From Felis catus (taxonomy: Eukaryota): a DNA stretch of 64,000 bases. The position numbers and the translations under genes are program-made. The stretch lies in assembly GCF_018350175.1 (NCBI RefSeq), contig NC_058369.1, forward strand, positions 20,338,001-20,402,000, written 5' to 3'. This document shows, piece after piece, positions 26,763-39,300 of this stretch. The notes under the pieces were generated by a model. That model did not search any database and had not been told where the DNA came from. It saw only the letters and a program-made list of their open reading frames with translations. The stretch's first letter is position 1; the number at the start of each line of letters is the position of its first letter.

Positions 26763-26784
26763 CCCCCCCCCCCCCCCCCCCCCC
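26763..26784. repeat. C22 homopolymer
   Basis: Read directly. Confidence 0.95.
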
Positions 26785-26899
26785 GCAACCTTACGCTGTC
26801 TAGCATAGGCAGAACAGAGCCTGCTGTCCTGGTGTATCAGCAAGTATGTTCTTCCTTCACAGTGTGTTTATCTCTGCCAAATGTTGATTCTTATTACTT

Positions 26900-28306
26900 T
26901 ATTTTTATTGTATTTTAAAAGTTTATGTAAGTAATCTCTACACCCAACGTGGGGCTTGAACTCACAACCCCCAGATCAAGGGTGGCACACTCTTCTGACT
27001 GAGCCAGCCAGGCACCACGAATCTTATTACTTAAAAAAAAAAAAAATCCATGTATGTTAACCCAGTTAGAACTAACGTGAGAATTTTAAGCGATACAATT
27101 TGAAACATAGCTCAGTAGCTGTGGAAGATCAGATCAGAATGCCACAAGCGTTGTGTCCTGAGTCCTTGACAGAGGTGACTTAGGGTTGGGTCACCAGCTG
27201 GGATGATGTGATGAACCTCCACTTATCCCAGTTTCCATCATAAGAGCTGGAACTGATTTTTTTAACTATTTTTTTTTTAAATGTTTATTTATTTTTGAGA
27301 GAGAGAGAGTCAGCACAAGCAGGGCAGGGGCAGAGAGAGAGGGAGACACAGAATCTGAAGCAGGCTTCAGGCCCTGAGCTGTCAGCACAGAGTCCAACAC
27401 GGGGCTTGAACCCATGAACCATGAGATCATGACCTGAGCCTAAGTTGGACGCTTAACCTACTGAACCACCCAGATGCCCCTTAAACTAATTAAAAAAAAT
27501 TTTTTTTTAACGTTTATTTATTTTTGAGACTGAGAGAGACAGAGCATGAATGGGGGAGGGTCAGAGAGAGAGGGAGACACAGAATCTGAAACAGGCTCCA
27601 GGCCCTGAGCTGTCAGCACAGAGCCCGGCGTGGGGCTTGAACTCATGGACCGCGAGATCATGACCTGAGCCGAAGTTGGACGCTTAACCGACTGAGCCAC
27701 CCAGGTGCCCCTCCCTTGAACTAATTTTTAATGCCAAAAAATGACTTTTAGGGGTGGCTACCTGTCAGAGCTTTTATTTACTATTTTGGGTGGTGGTTGG
27801 TTATTGTTTATTTTGTTTATCTCAAACATAGAAGAATATTCAGAATAATATAACAAAAAAATGTTCGTGGCCCTCCAGCTTTGTCATATCTCAATATTAT
27901 ACCATAATCCTGCTTCAGATATTCGTACTTAAAAAAACAAATCAGAGTGAAGATATTTCACTTCTCAGTGCTGTTTACTTCCTTACCCCAGCGGTAACAC
28001 TATTCTGAATTATATATTCTCATGCATGTTTTCCTTTTTTTATTGCATGTGTGTTTCTTTACAACATTGAGTGTTGTTTTGTATATTTTAAATGCTTTTT
28101 TTTTAATGTTTATTTATTTTTGAGAGAGATACAGAGCGCGAGTGGGGAAGGGGCAGAGAGAGAGGGAGACAACAGAACTGGAAGCAGGCTCCAGGCTCTG
28201 AGCTGTCATTACAGAGCCTGACGTGGGGCTTGAACTCATGAACTGTGAGATCATGACCTGAGCCAAAGTTGGACGCTCAACCAACTTGAGCCACCCAGGT
28301 ACCCCA
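26900..28306 (-). mobile_element. Four antisense Can-SINEs (~26900-27017 short type, 27269-27480, 27490-27711, 28096-28306), partly separated by unrelated sequence
   Basis: Can-SINE motifs; TSD-like TCTTATTACTT around the first. Confidence 0.9.
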
Positions 28307-28839
28307 GTTGTTTTGTTTATTTTTTAAACTTTATATAAATGGTTATTATCTTGTATTTATTTTTCTGCAGCTTTCTTTTTCACTTAATGTCATTGAAGTT
28401 TATCCATATCAATTTATGTTATATTCTAGTTCATTTATTTCAAGTTGTATAATATTCCATTGGATGAGAGGACTATAATATGTTTATGCATGTTCCTATT
28501 AATGGATGTTTAGATTGCTTTTTATTTTTCACTGACCCTAACTGTGTTACAATGAAGATTCAAAATTTCCTTGTATACCTGTTCTAGAATTTTTCTAGGA
28601 GCAAAATTTATAATTCATAGGGCTGAGCATCTTTAATCCTGGTAGATATTTCCAATTATTCAAAGTGTCAGTTTGCACTCCCACCAGTTGTGTGTAAGAA
28701 TCCTTGCTTAGCAGCCTCCCCAGCATTTTGTACTGTCAGACTGTGGCAAAAACTTTATCGAATGTGTATAAAATGTTTCTTGGTCGTTTGAGTTTTCTCT
28801 TCTAAGAGTTACCCAGTCATATCCTTTATCTTCTTACTG

Positions 28840-29570
28840 TTTTTTTTTTAATTTAATTTATTTTTTAATTTACATCCAAATTAGTATATAGTGCAACAAT
28901 GATTTCAGGAGTAGATTCCTTAATGCCCCTTACCCATTTAGCCCATCCCTCCTCCCACAACCCCTCCAGTAACCCTCTGTTCTCCGTATTTAAGTCTCTT
29001 ATGTTTTGCCCCCTCCCTGTTTTTATATTATTTTTGTTTCCTTTCCCTTACGTTCATCTGTTTTATCTCTTAAAGTGCTCATATGAGTGAAGTCATATGG
29101 TATTTGTTTTTCTCTGACTAATTTCGCTTATCATAATACCCTCCAGTTCCATCCACGTAGTTGCAAATGGCAAGATTTCTTTCTTTTTGATTGCCGAGTA
29201 ATACTCCATTGTATATATATCCCACATCTTCTTTATCCATTCATCCATCGATGGACATTTGGGCTCTTTCCATACTTTGGCTATTGTTGATAGTGCTACT
29301 ATAAATGTTGAGGTGCATGTGTCCCTTCGAAACAGCACACCTGTATCCCTTGGATAAATACCTAGTAGTGCAATTGCTGGGTCGTAGGGTAGTTCTATTT
29401 TTAATTTTTTGAGGAATCTCCATACGTTTTCCAGAGTGGCTGCACCAGTTTGCATTCCCACCAGCAGTGCAAAAGAGATCCTCTTTCTCCACATCCTCGC
29501 CAACATCTGTTGTTGCCTGAGTTGTTAATGTTAGTCATTCTAACAAGTGTAAGGTGGTATCTCATTGTGA
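28840..29570 (-). mobile_element. Short 5'-truncated felid L1 (copy C), ORF2 C-terminus + 3' UTR
   Basis: ORF 29093-29506 (...[18 protein letters not shown]...), poly-T tail, TSD CTTCTTACTG at 28830-28839 and 29571-29580. Confidence 0.96.
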
Positions 29571-29760
29571 CTTCTTACTGGTTTTTAAAGAGTTACTCAT
29601 ATATTGTGGATACTAATCCTTTTACTGGCTCTATATCCACAGGTATCTCCCAGACTGGCTTATCTTTGCTTTGTTTGTATTTTCTTGTGAATTTTCATTT
29701 TTGATGTAGTGAATTTATTGATCTTTTCCTTTTCAGTTTACACATTTTGTGCCTGGGAAT

Positions 29761-29808
29761 TTTGATTAGAAGTGCATTTGATTAGATGTTCATTTGATTA
29801 GAAGTTTA
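29761..29808. repeat. 3 x 16-bp tandem repeat (TTTGATTAGAAGTGCA-like)
   Basis: TTTGATTAGAAGTGCA / TTTGATTAGATGTTCA / TTTGATTAGAAGTTTA. Confidence 0.85.
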
Positions 29809-29814
29809 TAGGGA

Positions 29815-30025
29815 GGGGTACCTGGGTAGCTCAGTTGGTTAAGCCTCCAACTTGACCTCAGGTCATGATCTCATGGTTTGTGTGCTCAAGCCCCTCGTTT
29901 GGTTCTGTGCTGACAGCTCAGAGCCTGGAGCCTGCTTTGGATTCTGTCTCCTTCTCTCTCTGTCCCTCTCCTACTTGCACTCTCTTTCAAAAACAAAATA
30001 GTAAAAAAAAATTAAAAAGAAAAAA
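29815..30025 (+). mobile_element. Can-SINE
   Basis: TSD AAG(T/C)TTATAGGGAG. Confidence 0.93.
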
Positions 30026-30104
30026 GCTTATAGGGAGAATTGACATTTTGTAATAGTCTCCATCTTGGAACATGTCAATCTTTCTGATTATTTAGGTCTT
30101 TTTT

Positions 30105-30199
30105 AATGTGTTTATTTCTTTTTAGTTTTTATTTTTTAAAGTTTATTTATTTTGAGAGAGAGAGAGAGAGAATGGGAAGGGCAGGGAGAGGGAGAGGGA

Positions 30200-30244
<45 letters not shown>

Positions 30245-30371
30245 TCCCAAGCAGGCTCTGCACTGTCAGCGCAGAGCCCCATGTGGGGCTCAAACTCATG
30301 AACCATGAGCTCATGACCTGAGTGGAAACCAAGAGGTGGACGCTTAACCAACTCAGCCACCCAGGCGCCCC
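30105..30371 (-). mobile_element. Can-SINE
   Basis: Can-SINE motifs; TCTTTT(T)AATGT duplication. Confidence 0.93.
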
Positions 30372-31035
30372 TCTTTTAATGTCTTTAAATGAAGTGTTAT
30401 ACTTTTTGTCACAAAAATCCTAACATATCTTTCCCTAGATTTATTGTCAGGTAACATATGGTTATTGTTGCTATTGTAAATAATATTTTTAAAATTATAC
30501 TTTCTAAATGGGTGTTAACTGCATATAGAAATAATAAAATAGGTTTTTCTATATTAATCTTTCACATAACTGCCTTACTATGCTCTCCTGTATTTTTTTT
30601 TTTTTAGCTCCTGTATTTCTAATAGTAGTTTACCTGTACATTTTCTATGTTGAAATAATAGGATCCTCAATCGTTGACAGTTTTCTTTCTTTGTTCCAAT
30701 TTTTATGGTTTCTATGTGTGTCTTATTTATTGGTTAGAATCTCTAACAACTTGATGTTGATAGAAATTTTGATAGCATGCAACCACGTCTTGTTCCTGAA
30801 TTTACAGTGTATGTTCCCATATGTTCTCATACTAAATGTGGTGTGGTGGCTTTTGGTGGACTCTTTTTATCCAGTGAAAGAAGTTTTCACCTAGTTTGCT
30901 AAGAGTTTGTTTGCTTTTGTAATCATAAATTAGTTCTAAATTTTATGAAAGTTTTTTCTGCATCTTTTGAGATAGCATGTAGCTTATTATCTCCTTCAAT
31001 CTGGTAGTTGTATTACCAGCAATTTTGGGAAACTA

Positions 31036-31255
31036 GGGGCGCCTGAGTGGCTCAGTTGGTTGAACGTCCAACTTTAGCTCAGGTCATGATCTCACTGTTT
31101 GTGAGTTCAAGCCCCGTGTCGGGCTCTGTGCTGACAGCTCGAAGCCTGGAGCCTGCTTTGGATTCTGTCTCCTTCTCTCTCTGCCTCTCCCCACTTGTGC
31201 TCTGTCTCTCTGTCTCTCAAAATAAATAAATGTAAACAAAAAAATTTTTTTAAAG
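31036..31255 (+). mobile_element. Can-SINE
   Basis: TSD-like GGAAACTAG on both sides. Confidence 0.94.
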
Positions 31256-31846
31256 AAATTTTTAGGAAACTAGTTTTAGTCTTCCCTGTTGGCTCTTGCT
31301 TTTGTTTGGTTAGTTGTTCATGTGTTTGTACTTTTGGATTGTGAGTGCATCTTCAATAAGGCTTTATCTATGAGACTCTTATGTGGCCCAGATTGGGGTG
31401 TGTCCCAGAGATGTTTTGCATTTACTTCTAGCTGACTAGTGTGTATCACTTGCCTGGGACCACTTTAGTTTTGATTAATTTCTTGGACTATGTAGATTAG
31501 ATACTTTTTCCCCCTCCTCCAAACTAGGTTGACACAGCTTTTATGTTGTCTTCTATGTTGCTGGTTATTTTCTGTATCATTCTTTCCTGGGAGTATAGCT
31601 CTTCATGTTCTGTCTTTATGTAGAGGTTGCAGTCTTTCCTTTTTAGCTTCTTTGAACCCCAAGGCATTGTTTCTTATCTTACTTCCACCCATCCCCAAGA
31701 CTGGCACCCTCCTCTTCTCTTTGGACTGCCATTGTGTTAGCTCTCAAGAGTATTTGTGTTTTCAGTTTGCTTTTCATTCTTGGTCCTTGGTCCATTCTGT
31801 TACTTTTTTTGGTGAAAACTGTTATGCATTTAAAATGGATGCATAT

Positions 31847-32072
31847 TGGGGTGCCTGGGTGGCTCTGTTGGTTTAGCATCCGACTTCAGCTCAGGTCATG
31901 ATCTTTCAGTCTGTGGATTCGAGCCCTGTGTCAGGCTCTGTGCTGGCAGCTCAGAGCCTGGACCCTGCTTCGGATTCTATGTCTCTCTCTCTCTCTCTGC
32001 CTGTCCCTTGCTCGTGTGTGCTTATTCTCTCTCTCTCTCAAAAATAAACATTAAAAAAATTAAAAATTAAAA
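31847..32072 (+). mobile_element. Can-SINE
   Basis: TSD-like TAAAATGGAT(G/A)CAT. Confidence 0.94.
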
Positions 32073-35000
32073 TGGATACATTTACATAGAATTTTACCCA
32101 TATATTTAGATGTTTTGCATTGGGAAAATTTGCAAGATCTCCTGTCTGCCAAGGTGCCAAGCAGGAAGCTCTTGTCCAAATTATTAGATGGACCTTGTTA
32201 CTGTGGTGCTATCTTGTTGGTTTCTACTAGATAGCTTCTAGAGCTGTTAACCTGGCATCTTCTGGTGCTGTCCTACCTTCATGACTCTCTATACCCAGTA
32301 TTCAAGTACTCACTATCAGTAATTTCTTTGACGGATAGTAATTTTAGAGACTTTGGGGAGCAAAAGTATAATCCATAGAGAAGCTATAAAATAGCACACT
32401 TAATCTTGGGTTTTACTAATTCTGAAATTTGAAATGGAATGTATTTCATAGTTCTTGATCAAGGTAACAGCAACACTAAAGCAGCATTTGTAAAATGGCA
32501 CAAGTTCTTTCCATACTTTTATGTTAGTGGCATTTTTTAGAAGCCTGTCCAAGCTCAAAATATGTAATTATTCTTATAATTTCAATATTTTATTTATTAT
32601 AGAGAGTTTATAAATAACTACAGTTTGTATAGTACTAATATCAAGTCAAAAATATACATAGAAGCCTGCCTCGTATGTCATATCCAAACTAGTGTAAAAA
32701 TAATGTTATGAACTTCATTAAGAGCAGGCACATTTGGAATGTGAAGAGGCTCACTTGTCAGAATTGTTGTGGAAGCTATTGTTTTTTGTTTGTTTTTTGT
32801 TTTTATCTTTACTTAACGGGAGAGATGATTAGGAGATTCCGGAACTCCTTGTGATGTGGAGGGTTCAGTAGTTTCTTGATTAGCTTGGCTGAGTGGCAGC
32901 TCTAGCCCTGCATTTGTAACTAGGCCAGTGCCACCATTGACTTAGCTGAGCCTTTCATTCAGCTCCCTGTGATGTGACAGTGAGTTGCACTCCTTCTTGT
33001 ATGCTGTGGTGAGCGGGAGGGAAGCTTAGCTCCTCATCCTGTCCTTTTTCTATCACTTACTACCTTTCTGTTTTTCATGCATTTGTATTTTGCCCATGGT
33101 GCTGGGGCAATGTCCACTTGAGAACAAGCCACAAGAATGAGTAATAACTACTTGTTAAGTAAAAGACCAGAAGATTGGAACTTTCTTTGCCCAAACCCAG
33201 CCCTGGAGTGTGTCCTTGAGATTTGGCAGTTGACTCTAGGTGTTCCACTTTTATTCTTCACTCTCAACTAGATTATTCTTGGATGGTGGATGCCAACTTT
33301 TGTAGGTTGGCATAGTGAGTGCTGATGCGACAGAGGCTTGGTTTAATTCCAGGGCAGCCTCGCCCTGGTTAGAGAGCAACTGTGCAGGCCTAGACTGTAC
33401 CCTTAACTGCACTAGGGTACATGAGTATCTTGGGCACCAGGGATCAAGTATGTTTAGTGTGATTAGGGAAGAAAATACATTGTAAATTTCCTAGTGGGAC
33501 AGAAACATCATTTTTTTTTTTGTATTAAGGGTATGATTTTAAATTATGATTAGATTTGATTTGGTATTTTTATTTACTCAAATGCCACAGACTTCTTTGG
33601 TGTCCCCAAATGACACTGTTATTGATTCTTTCTGTTTTGGAGTCAGATAGTCTTATGGCTTCTTGCTCTGCATCATTCTTTGAGGCATGTATATTGTATC
33701 ACTTCCACAATGCCTGGCAGAATGTCTTTATTATGTCATACATAGGCTTTGGACCGAATTAATTGCTAGCCTTTCTGCCTTTTCTTTTGACCATTATTTC
33801 TACAAAATAACTATCAGCTACTTTTTTCTTTGAAGTATTTCCTCAAGCTTTTTGTTCATCTCAGTCCGTGACCTTTATCCCCTCTATCATTATAGTATCT
33901 CGTGGCCATAAGATTACTATGTGGATTATTTTGATCTCTTGTACCTCCAATATGGTGTAATGAAGTTGTGGCCTTGCCTCCATGGAATAAGCATCTTTTT
34001 CTGAAGAGTGATGAGTACATAGTTTGGTGTATGTACCCACACAAGCCATGTTGCAGTCTTTGAGAGATGGCCTTTCTTCCCAAGGGTTAATGTCCATTTT
34101 TACATCATTTCTGTTTACAGAGATGAGGTTTCCCTGCAGGTCCCCTTCTTACTTGCAAAATCCGTAGCCTGAGTTTTGTCCAGATTCCATATGCTTTTCC
34201 TCAAAGAATTATAGGAGTATTAGTTTGAAAGAAGAAGCTTTTTTTTTCTACTTCACTATATTGGCTTTAGGTCAAGTACACACTCTTTTTCCTCCACCTG
34301 TTTTTGCTAATGTTCAGATGTCACTGTTTTTGTCAATATTCATGTCCAGTGTTAGACCAGAGAGAGACTTATAGGGCACGTTTACTTAAGTAACTGGTTC
34401 AGTGGTATGAATCTTAAGCTACTTATTTCTTTAATGCTGAAGTGTGTGAAGTGTGTGTGTGTGTGTAAGAGCCTAAGAAACTGGGCACAGGTTGAATAAC
34501 CTTGGCCATAAAGTAACAGTGAAATATGTAATCTAGATAGATTACATAAGTCTCCTTAGAAGATTGTTCAGAATTGGGCCACATCTACACAAAGAAGGAG
34601 GACAAGCTGGTGAGTCCAATTTCTACCTGCTGGTGGGGTGCTGTTTGTTTATGACATTGACCAGACCTAGAGCCTTCCAGAGGGAACCCAGGTGAGACTT
34701 GCCTCAGAGATGATTCCAGTTCCTGCTGGGCTCCCGAGGAAGAGGGAGAGAGGCCTACCCCCTACCAAGAGGACATCCTGTCTGTGCATGAGGATGCTGG
34801 GAGGCTTAATTTAATTAGCCTTTTTAACCCTATGTTTTTTGTGTCTTAACGGAAAGGAAGTTTCATACTAATTTGTTACTAATTAACTATAGAGAATAGT
34901 CAGCTAGGTAATCCTTCAAATCTGTACTTTGAAAGAAGGTATTTTTATACTTGGTTAAGTGTTTAAATCTTTGGAAAACTAGGAATAGATAATTTTATTC

Positions 35001-35879
35001 TCTTTTTCACTGTCTTTTAGAAGGTTGTTTATTTATTTTTGCCACTAAAGACTTCATTGGTGTATTTCCTAAAGACATTTTCTTATATAATCACAAACTA
35101 ATTCTCAAGATCAGGAAATATAATATTGATATAATACTATTGTCTAAACCATAGTCCATATTCCATTGCTTCAACTATTCTCAGTTCTGGCTTTTATAGC
35201 TATTTTCTTCCCCAGATCCAGGATCTCATCCAGGATCCCATGTTGCATTTAGTCTCCTCTAATCTGAAATTATTCTTCAAGAATTATTTTATGTATATGG
35301 TGGGGTATACACGGTTAGCCCCTGGATTCTTGTCTTCTAGTTCATATTCTGATCCTTACTTCCTCATGGCATTCTGGAGAAAGGTGCTGCCACCTTGAGA
35401 AAAAAGGGATTGTATTTGAATGGAACTCATTTTGATTCTTCTACATTTTGGTAGCTACTAATAGATTTGGCAGTCTAAGAGGGTGTGTTGGCCAAGGGAG
35501 GTATCTAATAACAGGTGATGGTTAGACTCTATATGTAATTTGAACTGCTTGCATTACTAATGATCCTCATTGGTTCTGCTAGTTTTTCTTTACTCTCATA
35601 ATCAGTTTTTATTATCCGTTGGAAATATAGAAAATAATGCATATTTGATCGGTGGTTCTTTTCCTTTTTTGTGATTTGAGAGGTAAATGCAGTATGGATT
35701 CCCATTTACAAATCCCTGTGCCATTTAATAATTTAAGTCCACTGGAAATGTGACATTTAGTAGTTTAAAGGTGCAGGCTACCTCTTGCATTGAAGTAAAT
35801 ACCACAGTTTATTTTTGCACATGTGAAGTCAAGAAATAATAGATCTTCAGACTTTTTGTTGCACTTTTTACTATGGTTT

Positions 35880-36635
35880 GTCACTTAAATCTTTATGGCA
35901 CCGGGATATTTCCCAGTACCAATAACCAATTCTCTGATTCTCCAGATACCAAATGGGTGTCCAACAATTCATTTCTGACACTATTCCAAGTTAGCAGAGA
36001 CCTAAGGCTAAGGACTCAGTCCCATAAGACTTTCCCCTACTTCAGATGCCAGTTGTAAGTCCTTGGCTATCCATACTTCTGACTGACCATAAATCAGGGC
36101 TCCCATGACCCCCCCTCCTTAGGCTCAATAATTTGCAAGAATGACTCACAGAACTCAGGAATATACTTATGTTTACTGGTTTATTTGAAAGGACACAGCT
36201 CAGAACAGCTAAGCGGAAGAGATGCATAGGGCAAAATATGGGGGAGGAGTGGCATGGAGTTCAGTGCCTTTTCCAGTTGTGCCATTCTTCCAGCGTCTCA
36301 GTGTATTCACTGACCCAGAAGCTCTCTGAATCTCAGTGTTCAAGAGTTTTTATAGAACTTACTCTCCAGCTCCCCATCTCCCATCTTGGGAGGTTGGTGG
36401 GCAAGGCTGAAAGTGCCAGTCTTTTAGTCACTTGGTCTTTTTGGTGACCAGTGCCATCATGAGGCTGTCTAGGGGCTCTACCCTAAGTTACTTTGTTGGC
36501 ACGGATTCAGCTGTGATCAAAAGAGGGCTCAGGGTAAACAGCAGAAGACACTCCTGTCACTCAGAAAATTCTAAGGGTTTGGGAGCTCTGCCAGGAACCA
36601 GGGAAAAGGACCAAATATATTTTTGTTTTGTACCA
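35880..36635 (-). mobile_element. Solo LTR, MER21 family
   Basis: GGACTCAGTCCCATAAGAC..CCCCTACTTCAGATGCCAG, GAATGACTCACAGAACTCAGGA and CTAAGGGTTTGGGAGCTCTG..CCAGGAACCAGGGAAAAGGACCAAATATAT resemble the reverse complement of recalled MER21 consensus. Confidence 0.8.
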
Positions 36636-36719
36636 AAGGCACCATAGGAGTATGCACCTGACTAGTCTTACCATTCACTTTAGAACTGTGAAGAGTGGAG
36701 CCAGATGAGTTTACTTATA

Positions 36720-37048
36720 TTGGTGTGCCTGGCTGGCTGGCTGGCTCAGCTGGTAGAGCATGTGACTCTATTTTTTTTTTTTAATGTTTATTCATTTTTG
36801 AGAGATGGAGAGAGACAGAGTGTGAGTAGGGGAGGGGCAGAGAGAGAGGGAGACAAAGAATCTAAAGCACACTCCAAGCTCTTAGCTGTCAGCACAGAGC
36901 CTGACGCGGGGCTCGAACCTATGTACTGTGAGATCATGACCTGAGCTGAAGTCGGATGTTTAACTGACTGAGCCACCCAGGCGCCTGGAGTATGTGACTC
37001 TTGATCTCAGGATCGTGAGTTCAAGCCCCACGGTCGGTGGGGAGCCTA
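36720..37048. mobile_element. Short sense Can-SINE interrupted by an antisense Can-SINE (~36770-36986)
   Basis: Host head GGCTGGCTCAGCTGGTAGAGCATGTGACTCT resumes as ..TGACTCTTGATCTCAGG; TSD GAG(C/T)ATGTGACTCT. Confidence 0.92.
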
Positions 37049-38045
37049 CTTAAAAAAAAAAAAAAAAAGCGTAGAAACGTTTATGTCTTTAAGGAGCTTA
37101 GCTTAGCACACAGAGTGCCCAAGTTACTGGCAAAGCTAAATCAAGAACTTGAGTAAGCATGTAAATACAGTGATATTAGTATATCATATTTTTCCTATAG
37201 AATATTTTGAAAATATGCATGTATATCACAAAATAGTAGTTATCCATTAAAATTTTAGTTAATTGATAGTAGATACCAATTTAGGAAAAACATAGTATGC
37301 AACCTGTATACCATGTAGTTATAACTATTTAAAAATGAATGACAACTGAAAATCTAAAGCAATCAACATCAACTCAGCAAATTAGTGGCTATTTGCATTA
37401 TAGAAGGATTCATGTAGAGTTCCTGCTATAGTTTTATTTTTAAAAGTTTTGATTTATTGAAATGCTACTAGCACAGAGCTTTTCAGGACCGTATCTGGTA
37501 CATAAGTTGACTAGATATGGAGAGATCTTCCCCAAAGTTGGTGCTGAATGTTTGCAGGACTGTGAAGGGCAAACCATCCCTTCTGTGTTCAGCTTGTGTT
37601 TATCTGAGTTTGAAGACAGCCAGCCTTGAGCTCCATGGCTCTGTGATAGTTAGAAACTCCTAAGAGAAAGGAAGAGCCTCAGAGGGCTGGGGCTTTCGGA
37701 ACAGACTGGTCAGAGACAGTGGAGGTGGTTGTAGATAGAGGGAGTTGGAGAGATGAGACACTGGCCATGATTTGGCTTCTCTCCAAGCCACTTCAGTCTT
37801 ACCGTCTAGTAGATAAACCCGACCTGCTTTTAGGCTGATCTGCACTCAGGGCTGGTTTGGGCCTCAGCAAGCCTAGGGAAAGTAGGCCAAACATGCCCCC
37901 ACAATGTAGATCCTTATCTCTGTCATCCTCACTTTAAGAATTGAGAGCTGTGTGGAAAGAGATACAGGGGTCACAAGTTGAATGGTAACATATTTAGCCA
38001 GAATTGCTTTTACTCTGTATTCAGAGATCCAGGGACCTTACTTTT

Positions 38046-38105
38046 ATTTTTCATTTTCATTTTCATTTTCATTTTCATTTTTACTATTTTTATTTTTATT
38101 TTTTT
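38046..38105. repeat. (TTTTCA)n / T-rich repeat
   Basis: Read directly. Confidence 0.85.
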
Positions 38106-38147
38106 ACTGCCCTTAGATTATACTGATGGTTTAAAATGTACATGTGG

Positions 38148-38149
<2 letters not shown>

Positions 38150-38214
<65 letters not shown>

Positions 38215-38302
38215 AGAGAAGAGGAGAGAAGAGAAGAGAAGAGAAGAGAAGAGAAGAGAAGAGAAGAGAAGAGAAGAGAAGAGAGAGAAGAGAGGGAGAG
38301 AA
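38150..38302. repeat. Compound (TG)n-(GA)n-(GAGAA)n microsatellite
   Basis: Read directly. Confidence 0.97.
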
Positions 38303-38941
38303 TTTTTCAGAGCCCAGATTCCTCTGGGGAACATTGGCTATGTCACATAGCCTTCTCACAGCCAAAGCTGTCACTGCTGCTTTAGTTCATATCTTACCAA
38401 CTCAATTGTTTGCTGCCCTCCCTCCTCCCTTTTTTTCCATCTGACTCCATGGAGAATTAAATGAGCCTTTAATTTGCTCCTCTCAGCAGTGGCCTTCTAG
38501 AGTTTTACTCCTACTTATTCAAAATACCTGGGACTGACCCTGCAGGGATGCGCTGCTCAGTGACCTCTTGGATGAAGAACCTAAGTCAGGGAGCAAACAC
38601 AAGAAACCTCAGCCCTTGGCCATTTTAAAGAGGTTGGGGATTATAGTAAAAGTAAAAATTTGACTTTTCAAATGTAGTATTAACTTTAGTCACTGAGAAA
38701 GTTTGCCCTTGATGCTGAATTACATCTATAAAATAACCTGTATACCATTAATGTATCAGATTAATCTTGTACTTTTTTATCTGAATACAGTATGGAACTG
38801 TCCAGATATTTTTTGTTGTTCATGTAATGTGATTCTGTTTTACATTTTTTTAAATGCTAATTTTTCTTTATGATACCTGAAAATATGGACTCTAAGACTA
38901 TAGATTTCAAACTATTTGGTCTCAGGATCCTTTTATACTCT

Positions 38942-39166
38942 TTTTTAAAAAAAAAAATTTTTTTTTAACATTTATTTATTTTTGAGACAGAGAGAGACAC
39001 AGCATGAACGGGGGAGGGGCAGAGAGAGGGAGACACAGAATCGGAAGCAGGCTCCAGGCTCTGAGCTGTCAGCCCAGAGCCCGACGCGGGGCTCGAACTC
39101 GCGGACCGCGAGATCGTGACCTGAGCTGAAGTCGGACGCTTAACCGACTGCGCCACCCAGGCGCCC
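38942..39166 (-). mobile_element. Young CpG-rich felid SINE inside the Charlie element
   Basis: Perfect TSD TCCTTTTATACTCT (38928-38941, 39167-39180). Confidence 0.96.
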
Positions 39167-39300
39167 TCCTTTTATACTCTTAAAAAATTATTGAAGATCC
39201 CAAAAAGCTTTTGTTTATATGGGTTATAATGGTTAATCTTCACTGTATTAGAAATTAAAACAAATTAAAAATATCAATTTCTTTAAAAAGTAATAAACTT

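Larger units (their letters stand above)
27800..31020 (-). mobile_element. Very old, degenerate L1M fragment hosting L1 copy C and several SINEs
   Basis: T-rich L1-antisense phrases (GTTTGCACTCCCACCAG, ATATTGTGGATACTAATCCTTT, TAGATTTATTGTCAGGTA) occur in the expected order on both sides of copy C. Confidence 0.65.

Noticed and set aside
34560..34697. Good donor-like sites (CTG|GTGAGT near 34610, CAG|GTGAGA at 34689-34697) as an extra UTR exon
   Set aside because: No convincing paired acceptor identified; isolated donor consensus is common in long introns.
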